NCBI RefSeq assembly: GCF_000181795.1
Contig: NW_003526941.1
Location: 4,491,218-4,553,729, forward strand
Length of the DNA stretch: 62,512 bases
DNA from: Trichinella spiralis
Lineage: Eukaryota
Reading direction: 5' to 3'
The notes beneath the pieces were generated by a model that worked only from the letters and a program-made list of their open reading frames with translations, ran no database searches and was not told where the DNA came from. Made by a program: the position numbers and the translations under genes. Shown one piece after another: positions 12,534 to 25,972 of this stretch. The number at the start of each line of letters is the position of its first letter. The first letter of the stretch is position 1.

Positions 12534-15500
12534 TTAAGAATAAAAAGTAAGAACAGTTTTTTGATTGCCCCTCACAAACAACACCGGTGGTAGATCTTGC
12601 GACAACATTTCAAGAAAAGTCATATACAAATAAGCTGGCTCTCGACCTTTACGTGGAACTGGCAACGAAACAACAACCAATGTTGCCTCTTTGGAATGTT
12701 TTTGAAGAAGTTCATAAGCCAACAATTGTCGATTTATCTGAAAATAAAAGAAAAAAAACAAGAAATTCATTCATATTCATATTCATATTCATGAAGCATA
12801 ATTAATTCAATGCGAGATGTGTGTTTATCTGCTCACTCTTCCTTGCAAATTTCGCAAATGTTCGTCCGTTATGAACAGATCACCCAATTGAAAATCACAA
12901 TTGCTCGAATTTTCATCCACCATAAATGCCTTCAGTAAATTGTGAAACTTGTCGACAGTCGCCTTAGCCGGAATGGTCAAAAGATCTGGCAACACGTACA
13001 CACTGGCGTAGGAGATGCGAAATTTCGCTAATAAAGCTTTCAAGCTAAATATTATTGTAAAAAAAACCACATCAGTCGATTAACACCAAAAAAAACAAAT
13101 AATTATCACTATATTGTACAATATTCCAATGTGTACTTTTTCTCTTCTTCGACAATGTTGTCCACATTTTGTGCTTTGGTGAATACACGCAACTTGGCAC
13201 CTTCCAAGTAAGATTTCGTTTGCGTTAACAAGTGAGAAATCAACAACGTCAACCCTAGAAAAGAACCACAGTAGTCAGTCCACTTGAATAAATATAGCAA
13301 TTAAGATGAATTGAATGAAAATTATGAATTTTCAAACACATATTACACATCAATTGAATAAACTGAACAAACTGAACAAGAACAAAAATAGAAACAGCAG
13401 AATACAAATGGAAATGATAATTATAGAATAAATAATTGCAATTTCAATTGTACATTTCACAAACAACAAAAAATTGTCACCAACCTCCGTCATCAGAAAG
13501 CCACCAAACATCTATTGTAGCATCTTTACGTTTACGCCGAAATTGATTTATAGCTACACTGAGACCTTTGGCAGCTATTGATTGTTTATTGTTGACGGGC
13601 CGTTTTGGAATTTTATCTTTTTCAAATATTATTCCACTGTTCAGTAGCTTTTTCCACTTTGCTATTGGCTCTTTGTTGGCATTTCCACTTTTTTCCGCAG
13701 TTTCGGTCGATGGGATTTTGTTGCACGAATTGCCGTTGTTCAACGTGCTCAAATCATCGGTGCTGATTCTCGGCCGGTAAAATTGTTTAATCATCAACGG
13801 ATTCAACAGTTCAGCACCGTCCGAATCGTGTTTTTCAATAAAATCAGAAAAATCAAACCCAGAACTCAGTCTCAAAATACACAAAGCCATATCATGATTG
13901 AAGCATTCACTAAATAAATAAATAAATTAATTAATTTTTTTAATTAACAATTAAAAAAACTTCGTTTACTGTATAATGCAAAGATAATTGCTCATCTCTT
14001 TTTTGGAACACGTACGCCAGTCAGATTTGTAGCCGAGAAAAACAATATTTGGACAAAGCTTACCCATACCGCTCGTTTGAAATAGCATTTCAATACCGTT
14101 GTTAAAATTGTCAATTACAACCGGAGCGTAGAATGCTTTGATTTTACGTCGTCTAAGCCAACCGTACATCAGCACCGTCCACTGATTGAGCATATGACAA
14201 ATTTCTGATGGATTTTCCAGCTTTTAAATGAAAAAAATTATTATAATATATGCATTTTCCAATAAAAACTGATCGCTTACGACAATCACATGGCCGCAAA
14301 CCATCAAACTTATATCTTTTGTAATGCTGCGGACAAAGTCTAACATACATGGACGAGTGACAGGATTGCCAGCTAGTACTAACACTTGGGGACGATAATT
14401 TTTCACGTGCTCTTCAGTGCTCATCAAATGAAGCATATCATGCAAAGCTTTCGTATACATGTGCGCTTGACCACTGGAACCCCAATTGACAGCTTCAACA
14501 AAAATAATAAAAAGAAAAGATCCCATACATACGAGTGGATCATAGTAAAAATTAATTGTACAAATGATAAAGAAAGAATTACCTGGTCGTCTGTGCAACA
14601 GATACACATACAATGCACTGATGATAGCCAACGTAACGAGTGCTGTAGCCCAATGCAAAATAAACATTGCCGCAGTGCAAAGCAGAGCGCCCAACAATGA
14701 TAGCCACATGTTGTAATATTTGAAAGCCGGTCGCCATCCAGGCGACCTGGCCAGTGATCCATCAAAGCATGCATAGTTGATCAAGGCAAACGACGCCAAA
14801 TAAAGATTCGATATCAACGGTGCAACAGTGTTCAAATCGCCTGATAAATGAACAAATTTCTACTGTTGTCAAATAAATAAATTTTTCGAAAATTCAATAC
14901 CAACAGAAATCACCGCTAAACCAATAAGAGCAACAAGAGCGGTCGCTCGACGAGGTTCTTGCATAGAGCCGGATCCTTGGCCAAAAATATGTATATACGG
15001 ATATAAACGATCTTTGCAAACTGCCTGAAAATCAAAATTTAAAATTTGAATTGAAATTTAACAAGTCAATTGCACCTGAATTGTACGCGGCGACGAAATT
15101 AAGCAAGTTAATGAAGAACTCAAACAGGTCGCAAAAATACCTGCCGAAACAAGTGGCCCAAAAGCACTTTCCATTTCCATCACCTAGTAGAAATACTATC
15201 GACCATTTCGATCGAAAAAAGTCAAAGTATCCAGAAATTACTTTTACAGTTGCAAATACACTTTTACAGAATGAAGCAAAAGAAAAAAAATAATAATAAA
15301 TAAAATTTGAAAAAAAAATTGTTTTTTTATACCTGATTATCATGAAGCAAACCGTATGCACAAGTTCCCGTAGCCGCGCAAGCGGTCAAATTACCGTTGT
15401 ACAAATCAGTAATGTTGCCAGAAGCATTGCTGAAAGTTAAAATAAAATAAAATAAAATAAAACTGACGAAACAAACAATAAATAATAATACCGTAAACAA

Positions 15501-17271
15501 GTAGCACCAGTTAGCCATATACCAGAGAGGTAGAGAATGGTGGTCAGAAGAATGGCAAGCAGGGTACCTTTGGGTATGGATCTGTTCGGTTCGGCCAAAT
15601 CACCGGAAATTCCCGCTCCGGCCATGATGCCGGTGACCGATGGAAGGTATACGCCGAACACGGTGAAAACATCTTCGCCATACCAGCCGGGTAGAAAATT
15701 TTCATAAAATGTCGACAAACGGTAGCCGGTCATACCACGAGCCGCTTTCTGCTCGGTTGGAGGCAGAAAAGTGCCAACAATGAACGTCACATAGGAGATG
15801 GAGATGATGACCAGCAGGGCGAGTTCGGTTTTCGATTCCCAAGTTACACTGATCATCACTACGGTGAATAGGAAAAGTTGCGTCAAAGCACCAATAATAC
15901 GAACATCGTTGATTCCTCCGTCGATGATTTTCAAATCAGCTTGCTGAAAGAAACAATCAAAAAACTTTTATTATAAAAAATAGTTTAACTACTTTAATAA
16001 ATAAATAAATAAATAAAATTGTTTAATCCCAACTAATTATTAATTAACTAACTTGTTGTGAGATAGTAATGTATAGTATTTGTAAAAATCATTTTGGGGA
16101 ACAGGAAACGAATCGCCCACTATGGATGGAATAAGAAAGATGTTGTTGCAAAATTGCGACGAGAGAAAAAATCATCCAACGACAATTGAAACGAATCTCT
16201 CTCTCTCTCTCTCTTAATGAGCGTGAAATGGAAAACAAAAGCAGACGAGCCTTACGTTCAGCCAGAATTGAATCGAATCGGCAAAGCCGATCACATTCAT
16301 TGCTGAATAAGCAGCATCGGCAAAGCCAAAAATCATACCCATACTTCCACCGAATTCTGGTCCGAGGGATCTCGAAAGCATGAAATAGGCCCCACCTAAA
16401 TGTGAATGAAGTTAAATAGTAAATGTCATCTTTAAATCTTACTTTATTATTGGTTAAGAACAATTAAATTAAAAATAAATTGTATTTCATTTTAATTACA
16501 TCAATTTCAATCGATTCAATTCTACAACAAGATCAAAAAAAATAAGAATATAAGAATGGAAACTGTGGTCTGTGGTAAACAACCAACAACGTTCAATTAT
16601 TCAAACTGATATTACCTCCTTGTATTTCACCATTTGTGCAAAGAGCACACATCGACAATGCAGTGAGCGTTGTAATTATTGTACTAAATAGTACAATTAA
16701 CGTGCCAAAACCGATTCCAGCTTGACCAGCTACCCATCCAAGACGCAAATACAAAGTTGCACCAAGGATGTTTAATATACATCGAATCTATACATACACA
16801 TATATATGTATTATGTATTCAATAGTTAAATTGATAATAGTTTCTTTTTTTCATTAAATCAAACAAAACTTTACCAAAACTCCCCGTATCCAACCAAATT
16901 TCACTTTCGCATCCGGTGGTTTAAAAGTGCCTGCATTTGGTCCATCGGTAGAAATATCCTAAAAATTGATCAACCATACAATCCTCCATATATGGTTGAA
17001 ATAGAAACAAAAAATAAAAATTGCATACTGGTTCATCGAATAAACTGCCTTCACTGACACTGATGTAATCGACAGATTCGTGCAAGTCGGTTAAGCTGGG
17101 TCTGGAAAGGCGCTTTTTCAACAATTCCTTTTGATAAATGCGAATCGTCGGTGCTTGCATTTCCATATCCATCGATACTGTTCGACTGACAAAATTCGGT
17201 TCGGAAAGTTTTTGTGAACTATGAGAATAGAAAATCGGTTCATCAGAACCCTTTTCCGGATCTTTTGCCAT
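12534..17271 (-). CDS. SLC12 cation-chloride cotransporter, Na+-dependent (NKCC/NCC-like) branch, multi-exon
   Basis: [101 protein letters not shown] and C-terminal [15 protein letters not shown]. Confidence 0.92.
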
Positions 17272-19800
17272 GATTGAGAAGAAAGAAAAGAAAAAATGGA
17301 AAATTATTCAAATCTGCAAGCTGCCGTTTTTGTTTCTTTTTTAACGACTATTTTCAAAAATTTTCTTCAATCTCGTTAATGTTGTTCTTCAATCAATTTT
17401 TTTCTTATTCTTGTACATTACACAAATCACTTTCGTTTTCTTTCAGTTGCCTAAAAATAAAAAATTGGATTATTTTATTTTATTTAAAAAAAACATACAA
17501 TTATCCCTCAGGAAAACTGTAAATTCTACATGTATGCATGCACATTTAGTTGATATGTGCATACATATATGTGTGCATATATGCAACAAGCAGTGATGTT
17601 GACAATGACCGACCAATGCATTCGTTTCGTCTGATAGTTTGATTTTCGATTTTCCCTTCCCTCCTCTATCTATGCCAACTTGCTTGTAGAATAAGTGAAA
17701 ACGCACGCTTGGTGTTGATTTTAACAAATTTTTCTACTAAATGTGTATGTACATCATCGATGATCACACACAGATGGCTGCTGACCGGTCGATCAAAATT
17801 AGCTAAAGCAACCAAAAGCAAGCAAGAAATGGCAAATGAAGCTTAAGGTGATAGAATGAAAAAAAAAACTAAACATCATCTACTACTTAATAGTCTCATT
17901 AATCTGGACGTTAATTTCTAATCAATCAACATGGAAGTTTGCCGTCGTTACAATTTGTCGTTTATAAGTCGACTTTACAACACTCTAAATTAATAATGAT
18001 GATGATGATGATGACAATGCAATTATTCTTCTTGATAAATAATGGCTAACTGAAACCGTGACTATAAAAACCAATTGGCCAAAACTTATTGCAAACTACA
18101 TATCAATCGATAAAGTAACAATAAGCACACAGATTATTAAAAATAAATAAATAAAATGTTCCATTTTTTTGTGTGAAACACAACAGCGCCAATGATATTC
18201 TTTTCTCATACAATCAATTTAATTAATAAATGAGCCCAAAAGTTGAAAATTTACTTATTATTTGAATAGTTTAGAAAAATAGAACAATTTTATAAAACAG
18301 TTTGGCAAATTAAATTATCAACGCGTAATAAATTCATTTGCAGAATTTGCGTCAAAACATATCACGTATGCGTTAATAGTAATTATCAACAATAATAATT
18401 TGCATAAGTGAAATGAAATCAATTAAAACATTACAATTCAAACATGCACAATTGGTGGAAGAAAATTGCTTACATGAAAGTTTTTTTTTCATTTCATACA
18501 TTTTGTTTATTATTATTTCACAGTTAAAATGCCACATACTGTTTTTCAATGGAACGATGCTGATAAAATAAAATTGCAATAAATTGTAATAATTGAAGTT
18601 TTTATAAGGTGATTTTTGAAAAATTTTCCAAAATTAACAATTCTGAACATTGGACAAACATAAACGACTGCCCATTTAATAGGCAAATAATTTCAATTTC
18701 AACTGGACAAATCTTTCGGTCAAATGATCGAATTCATGAAAAATTATTCAAATTCGAAAACTGATTGATTTCCAAATACTGCATTCATTTATAATTAGAT
18801 TTAAAAAAGGAAAAGAAAAAAAATTCTATAAATAGACATATAAATACAATAGTTAGCTTTCGACATCAAAGAATACAGGCTTGTATTACAGTTTCTGCAT
18901 TGCTTGCACTTTTGTCATTTAGAAGCAATTATGTTTCATTTTCACAACCGACTGCAGTTGTAGCGCTGAAAAATGCTATCAATTTTTCACAGACAATAAA
19001 AACTTGCTACTGTATAATGCAATTTTGAAACAATTAAATTAATCATCAAAGGTGAACGTCAAACAAGAATCTGGTGTTCATTTGCAAAATTTCAAATGGT
19101 CGAATAATAATAATATATGCTTTGTCGTGCACAATTATTAAATGTAAAACAAATAAAACTGCCCTTCTGAAATTTTAATTATTATGTGAGCAAAATTCAT
19201 TTCGCAATCGACCCGACGACTCAAGATCTATTTTCTCCATTTGCGCACAATTCAGCAGAGATTGCTTTGCTATGCAACTTCATCAGTGATAAATTTTCAT
19301 CATCAACACCACCACCATCCATCATAGACATCACAAAAGCTCAGCATGAACAATTAAACGGCTAATTTTAGAAAAAAAGGCTACACGAAACCTTACCAAT
19401 AGACACAGTATGGGCAACTCTGAAGAAGAATCAATTCTACAACTTCAAAATATGCTCAGTCAATTTTGAATATATCAGTCAGTCTGTGTGCACTTGAAGA
19501 AAACTATACCAAATGACAATATAATAATAATAATCATAATTTTTATACAACAAATATATGTACATATAAATATAGATGTATTTGGTGTTGAAAACAAAGC
19601 AACAAAGCTAGTGCAGAAAACAGGTAAAACCTGGTCAAAATTTGACAATAAAACGAGACAAGCTTGGAGCTTATCCCCATTGTGTAAGAATTTAATTTTC
19701 TTTTTGAAAATAAAATACTGTACACAAAAAGAACCACATTCAAGTGAACATATTAATATGCCAACATTGATTGTTGATTGATTTAAAGGAAAATTTTTAC

Positions 19801-20136
19801 ACCATTCTTTCGGCATTGTAGACGGACGGATTGGACGAAAAATTCACACGTCCCCGTCTGTTAAATCGTTGAACAAAGCTAAATTTCAATGAACACAATA
19901 AAAGCTTTTCAAAATTTTCATATTGTCAACGGATATTTTTGTAAATCTGTACCTATTCACTGGTTCAGAAAAAAAACTGCTTCTAACTTTTGCAATTGTT
20001 AAGCAAAAACTAGATATTTTTATTTCATCACATTTCTACATTCGATACAAGAAAGCATCTGCACAATTGTAATGAGAACTTGATGATGAGCAGAAGGAAC
20101 AAGCAAAAGGGAGAAAAAGCAGAAAAATAATATCAT
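19801..20136 (-). CDS. Candidate first two exons of an unannotated small Cys-rich secreted protein
   Basis: Exon 20032-20136 (MILFFCFFSLLLVPSAHHQVLITIVQMLSCIECRN) and exon 19801-19857 (TGTCEFFVQSVRLQCRKNG) join in phase 0 through a GT-AG intron. The 3' part could not be resolved. Confidence 0.25.
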
Positions 20137-22317
20137 GCAATAGAAGAAAAATATTTGAAATTTTCCAACACAGAGTTGTGTAAATTAATGTGATCAACTA
20201 AAAATAATAAATTTGAAAAATATATTTATTTACCCTCATCATTATTCGTCTGCAAGATGAATTGATGTGATTGAAATAAAACGATATACAATATATAATA
20301 ATTCATTCAGGTTTTTTAAGTTTTTTTTTAAAGTTGCACCAACCATCAAACAGATTAAATATTGAATAAAACTACAAGAAGAAATGATCTTAAACAATGA
20401 CAAGCACATTTCTGAATCAATGAAATTCATACACCATGTTTCACTTTCTTGTTCTAGAAAAAAAATAAAACACAATAATATTCTCCAATAACTAATACAT
20501 CACAAATTACGAAAGCAAACTTCTGTTACTCACATCATCATCATCAGTCATGTTTGAGAAAAATTTATTAAAATAATTTATAAAAGATTTATTTTGAAAA
20601 CAACCGCATCTACAGCAAGAATTTTCAATAAAAAATATATGTTGAAAAACAAGAAAAAAAACAAATAAATACTCTCAGCTATAAAGCAGAAGAAGCATGC
20701 ATGTTATGAGAAAATTGAAAATTTTTCACAACATTACTTTCACACTCGGTGAATGCTAGAGTTAGTTAGCATTGCCAACAGTGAAAAAGCAACTGGCTGC
20801 ATATCGCAATGCAGCTTTTGGCAAAGCTGAAGAAAAATTTCAATAAAAAAAAGAAAATGCATTATCACCATTTTACACAGTCGATCGAGTGAATTTGAAT
20901 AAAAATAAAATGAAAATTAATAAATCCAATCTATATATATCGTACCAATGGAACAATGGATGATTAACAAATAGCATTGGCACTAAAACTGAAATTACAA
21001 AATTCACTAATGCAAAAGAAAATCATCAAACTTTCAATCTGAATATTCTTTTTTTAATGCTACTCTAACAACGACGATGACGACAACGATTATAGATATT
21101 TTTTAACATCATTCAAATGAAACGGATCTAATTTATAAAATTACTTTTTATGTTATTTTTTCATTTTTCAACAAAAAGAAAATTTAAATTAACTAATCAG
21201 ACGGTTTTATTCACATATACATATACATATATATCTGTTTTTTGTTGTTGAAAATGATTTTTATTCAACATTTCTCTCATTTCCTGCACATTTGTCGAAC
21301 AAACTTACAAAATTCGAATCAACAAACCCCTTATACTACTGCTACTACTACTACTACTACACAACTACTACTCTCATTTGTCATTGCTTGTTGAAAACTT
21401 TCCAACTATATTATACTCTCTGAAAAGGTATTGATCTGAGGGAAAAAATGATAATAATAAAAATAAAATTACAATAAATAACGCAAACGGGATTGATTGT
21501 ATGTATAATGGAAAAAAATTTTTTTATTATTCTTCATTTATCAAAAAAAAGCTACTGATTTTCAAACTGAGACAAATTAGAATAAAATAGCCACAAATTG
21601 GAAATGAAATTGAGAGAAAAAAACGATGCTTTCATCGCAGATGATCGATCAATAATAAATGCCAAATTATGCTTTCAGCAAAAACATTATGTACCAAAAT
21701 ATACAGTAATAATTAGTAACGTTATCAAGAAACAACAGTTTCACGTCAACGCTTAACAATGAATCATTTTTCCCCATACCAAATGTCATAATGTTTGCAA
21801 CAGCAATTAATTATAAATTACGACTGCAAAAAAATATTTTGAAATGAATCTTCAGCACAAATAGAAATTTTGAGGGAGCTTTTTGAAAAAAAATTTTTCA
21901 AAGTACAAAAAGCAGAAAACAAACCTTCCACAATATAGCGTGAGAAAAAAAACGAAATTCAAATTAACAAATGAAAAATACTTACTCAATTACGGTAATG
22001 TGATGGACAATGGTGATTGTTTTCTCCGTCTCTTGGGGCAAATTTCTCCGGTTCGGTGATAATACATACAATCGAACACTGAGCGGATTGGTGCGCAAAC
22101 GAGTAATTTTATGCAAATTTATTTCTCTCATTCTAAACTGAAAAAGCAAACAAAAAGTGAGTAAAAGTACATAAATTTACATTAAAATGGATAAATTTCC
22201 AAAAAACAAATGACCAAGTAAGTGGGTGAGTGAGTAAGATAAGAAGAATTAAGTTTCAAAAAAAAGTAAGACAAAAACCTTTTTCAAATATCCCTCAGAA
22301 GCAAGTGAATGAATCGG

Positions 22318-25300
22318 TCAGATTGCATCGACGGTAGTGGTCAAGTCAATTTCGATCAAAGTGTTCAATTTTTGACAAAGCGGTTCCAAATCTTCGACCG
22401 GTGCGCACCAGTCGGTCTGTTCCAACAGTTCCATTGCTTGGCAATTTTTCTCATCCGACGAGTCCGGATCCGAGCAGAGCAACGTCTCGTAAAGTCGACT
22501 GGCCGCGTAGCGTCTGACATTCAAGCACGGATGGGACAAAAGGGCGACAATTGTCTGTCGAGATTCGGAAGCCGCTTGCAACTTGGTATACTGCATAAAT
22601 TCGCAGCACAAATCGACCACCGCCCGAAGCATGCGCAATTTGCTCTTCGTGATCGTCTTGTTGTCGTTCTTGCAGGTCGCGTCGGCTTTTTCGTCGTTCC
22701 AAAATTTCGACACCGCAAAGTACAGTCTGCTCAATTGCCAATCTTCGACTTCTTCGCAATGTTTGGGAAAAATGCCCGTCGACAGAATCTTCTGCAGCGC
22801 TTTCATCAACAGCAGCAACAGCCAGGGGATGTGGGAATATTTGTGAAATAGGGAAAGGAAATTTTCCATCAACCGACTCATGTAGAAACTGATCGTCGGC
22901 AACGACGACGCGTAGTCGATCAAACTGACCAACGCACTTTCGGCCACGGTCTGACTTTCCGATCCGATCGCCAACACGTATGCGAACAGCAGATGCTTTT
23001 GAAAAGCTGGCATTTCCAAAAAGCCGATCAACCGTCTGTACGCTTGGGCCGGCGAAATCCACTCGACCGTCTCTTGTAAAAATGCCCGCTCCAAGTCGTC
23101 CCTGTTCACCAAAAACGGTCTCGGCGGCTCTATTTTCAGCATGTCGACCATCACAGAACAGGCCAACTTCCGCTGCAAATGGTTCACATCCAAACACTGT
23201 TGCAACAAATTCTGCGTCAACAAAACCATCAAGTCGGAGCGCGTCAACAGCATGCCTTCGGCCCTGGCCCCGTGGCGCACCAGTTCGCACAAATTCTGCA
23301 ACGCTTCCTTTCTTACCACCATGCCGACGTCGCCCACCACCGTACGAGTCAAATCTTCCATGGCTAACGCGTGGCAACGGAGCACTTCCAAATAGTCGCA
23401 GGCGAACAGCGTGGTCTGGGCAACGTCCGCCTTCCAGCCGACGAGCTTGAAACTGACCGCCACGTGGAACATCGCGCTCAAGCAAGCCTGTCTCGCTTTG
23501 ACCCAACCTCGCCTGGAACCTCGGCTGTAGCCGAAGCAGTCGGACAAAGCGTGAACAACCTGACCCTGTTGCAAATTGAACATCAAATTCGAACAGCAGC
23601 TCAATTCCAACGCCGCACCGACGCAGTCCATTTCCGAGTTCGGCTTCTCCAATCGACCAATCAACAGTTCGGGATATTGGATCAACTGATGGGTGTTGGC
23701 CGCGAAATACGATTCGGCGTAAGCGTGGTAGGCGGCCCGCAGCGCTTTCACGCTCACTTGCCTGATTGTCTCGTCGGCGTCGGTCAAGTGGGATTTCAAA
23801 AATCCAAACCAAAATTCCAACGTTTCGTTCTCGACCGGCATGCCGCTTTCGCTGACTTCGACGATCAAATCACAAATGGCGGTCATGTAGGAAAAACCGT
23901 ACGTTTTCAACAGCAGACCAGCTTCGGATATTTCTTTTGGAATATCCATGACTTCGTCTTTCCAACGTTGTTGAAAATTTCTGAACCCCTGCTCTCCGGC
24001 CAGCAAATAGGCGAACGCGTGTTTTTCATTGTACAACGACACGGTCAGCTTGGCCAACGCGACCACTGCACCGTGCTTGGGAAAGAAGTGAGCTTTGTGG
24101 TACTGGTTCCAGAGTTGGGGGAAAACTTGAACAGCAATGTAACAGGGATCGAACGGTGTCAAAGCGGCCAACGTGCCGGCGGCCAAAACGCGAATCTGCT
24201 CGTCCCAGTGGGAAAGTTTTTCAATGAGGCATTCCATAATCGGCCTCAAATATTCCCCGTATTCGGCCACTTTCAGCGCAATTTCGCCGTAACATTTTTT
24301 CAAATTGCTAACGGCATAATAATCGGCAGCAGTGAGCACTTCGATGCCGTATGGAAATAGTTGATGTCGACCGACATTTTCCTACAATTTGAAAGCTTAT
24401 TATACAACGTGAATGAAAAAACAATCTATATAATATAGATTTGTTTTTTCTTCTAATTACTTGAAAAGCAGCGGACGCTGCACGCCTGCATGTCACCTCA
24501 CGGTCGAACAGAGCGACAACGATCAGATGCGGAGCCAGATGATAGGCGTGCGGAAGCATCGCTTTCCTGGTCAACGAACGACCGAACGTCCAACACAAGT
24601 AACAAGCCGAATCGCGAACACTGGACGAAAGGGCGCAGCCAATTTGGTCGAATTTGAGCGCCTGTTTAGCCAAGCTAACGACCTGTCCGAGCTTGTCGGT
24701 CGGAATCAGACCGTGCCGGCACAGTTCGGCCAACGCTAGACAAACTCCTTGGATGTCGTCAGCGCAGGCCGCGATGTTCGTACCCAACTCCAAAATCCAA
24801 TCGACCAACATCGACACGTGCTTCGACGGCAGACGAGCCGCCAAACGGCCAACACCCTTCGCCGCCGACCACCGCACCAAACAGCTCGGGTCGTGCAGCA
24901 TGTCCACCAAACGAACGGCAATCTGTTCGACCACCTTGGGCACTTTTGGGGATTTTTCCTTGTTCAACTGGTCGTCAGCGTCAGCGTCGTCGTCGTTCTC
25001 TTTGGCCAACTTGTTCAACATCCCCCGACGATAGAGTTGCTCGTCGTTCAGCTTGGGCTTCAAAATGACCAAGGCGATCCGTTGGCTCAACTTGGACCAC
25101 ATTTTTCTCATGCAAACGTCCTGCGATTTCCAATCGAAATCCGGAAGCGCATTCAACTGGTCGTGAAGCCATCTCGCGTGCTTTTTCATCACACGTCGAC
25201 TAGCTTTTTTCAAACAAGCCGCCAAAAATTCCGTCCAACATATCGCCACTGACAATTTTTCACTATTTTCGTTTGATTTCATCGTCGACAACCAGTCGAC

Positions 25301-25972
25301 AGCCATTTTCAACACGTCCGGCAGACGATAAATCGCGTCCGGCCTGGTGACCAATTCGGCCAACAGACGGGCGGCCAACAGCTGCTCCTTACCCCGACCG
25401 TGGAACCAGCGCAAAGCCAAGTCGAAAATTTTCTGCGCATAGCCGCCAACAAACTGTTCGTCGCTGACCATCTCCTTGGCGTTGTCCAAATTGAACGGCA
25501 CTTTGGACAAGACGATCGACCACAACAACAACACCGAAGCCTTCTCGTGCGTACACCGGCTCCGGCTGTCCAAAGATACTTCTTCAAGCATCAACAGTAC
25601 ATTTTTCAGCAAGTTCACTTCGCGTGGAAAATGCTTCAACGAAGCTTTCTCACCGCGCACTTTAACCAACTGATGCGCATATTTGAAACTTTCATCACGC
25701 AACGTGGAACTGGTCGACCGATCCAAAATATAACCAATCAATATTGGCAATACGGAAACCATCACCGGATCCAACAAACTTGGCTTCACTTGGAATTCGT
25801 CCAACAAACGGCCGAATCGTTCAAAACAAGCTTCCAAATGATAAATATCGTCGCGTTCCGCTTCAACTGGCAAATCGGTGACTACAGATTTGATACGTAC
25901 AAGTAATTCTGTGAAATTATCTTTAAGTACCACACTGTTCGCCACGTCTCTATCAATTTCTTCGTCATCCAT
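22318..25972 (-). CDS. TBCD: Tubulin-specific chaperone (cofactor) D, 2 exons (24461-25972, 22318-24381), 1191 aa
   Basis: VRWSAAKGVGRL, VRDSACYLCWTFGR, LFDREVTCRRAASAAFQ|ENVGR..FPYGIEVLTAADYY, HWDEQIRVLA and GDVGMVVR. A single 79-nt GT-AG intron restores the frame. Confidence 0.94.

Noticed and set aside
17527..17585. Imperfect inverted repeat (ATGTATGCA.../...TGCATACAT) as a possible miRNA hairpin
   Set aside because: Low-complexity alternating purine-pyrimidine sequence that self-pairs by chance.
22451..24360. 453-aa alternative-frame and 329-aa antisense ORFs inside TBCD
   Set aside because: Expected from GC-rich codon usage; no domain-like features and no independent start context.
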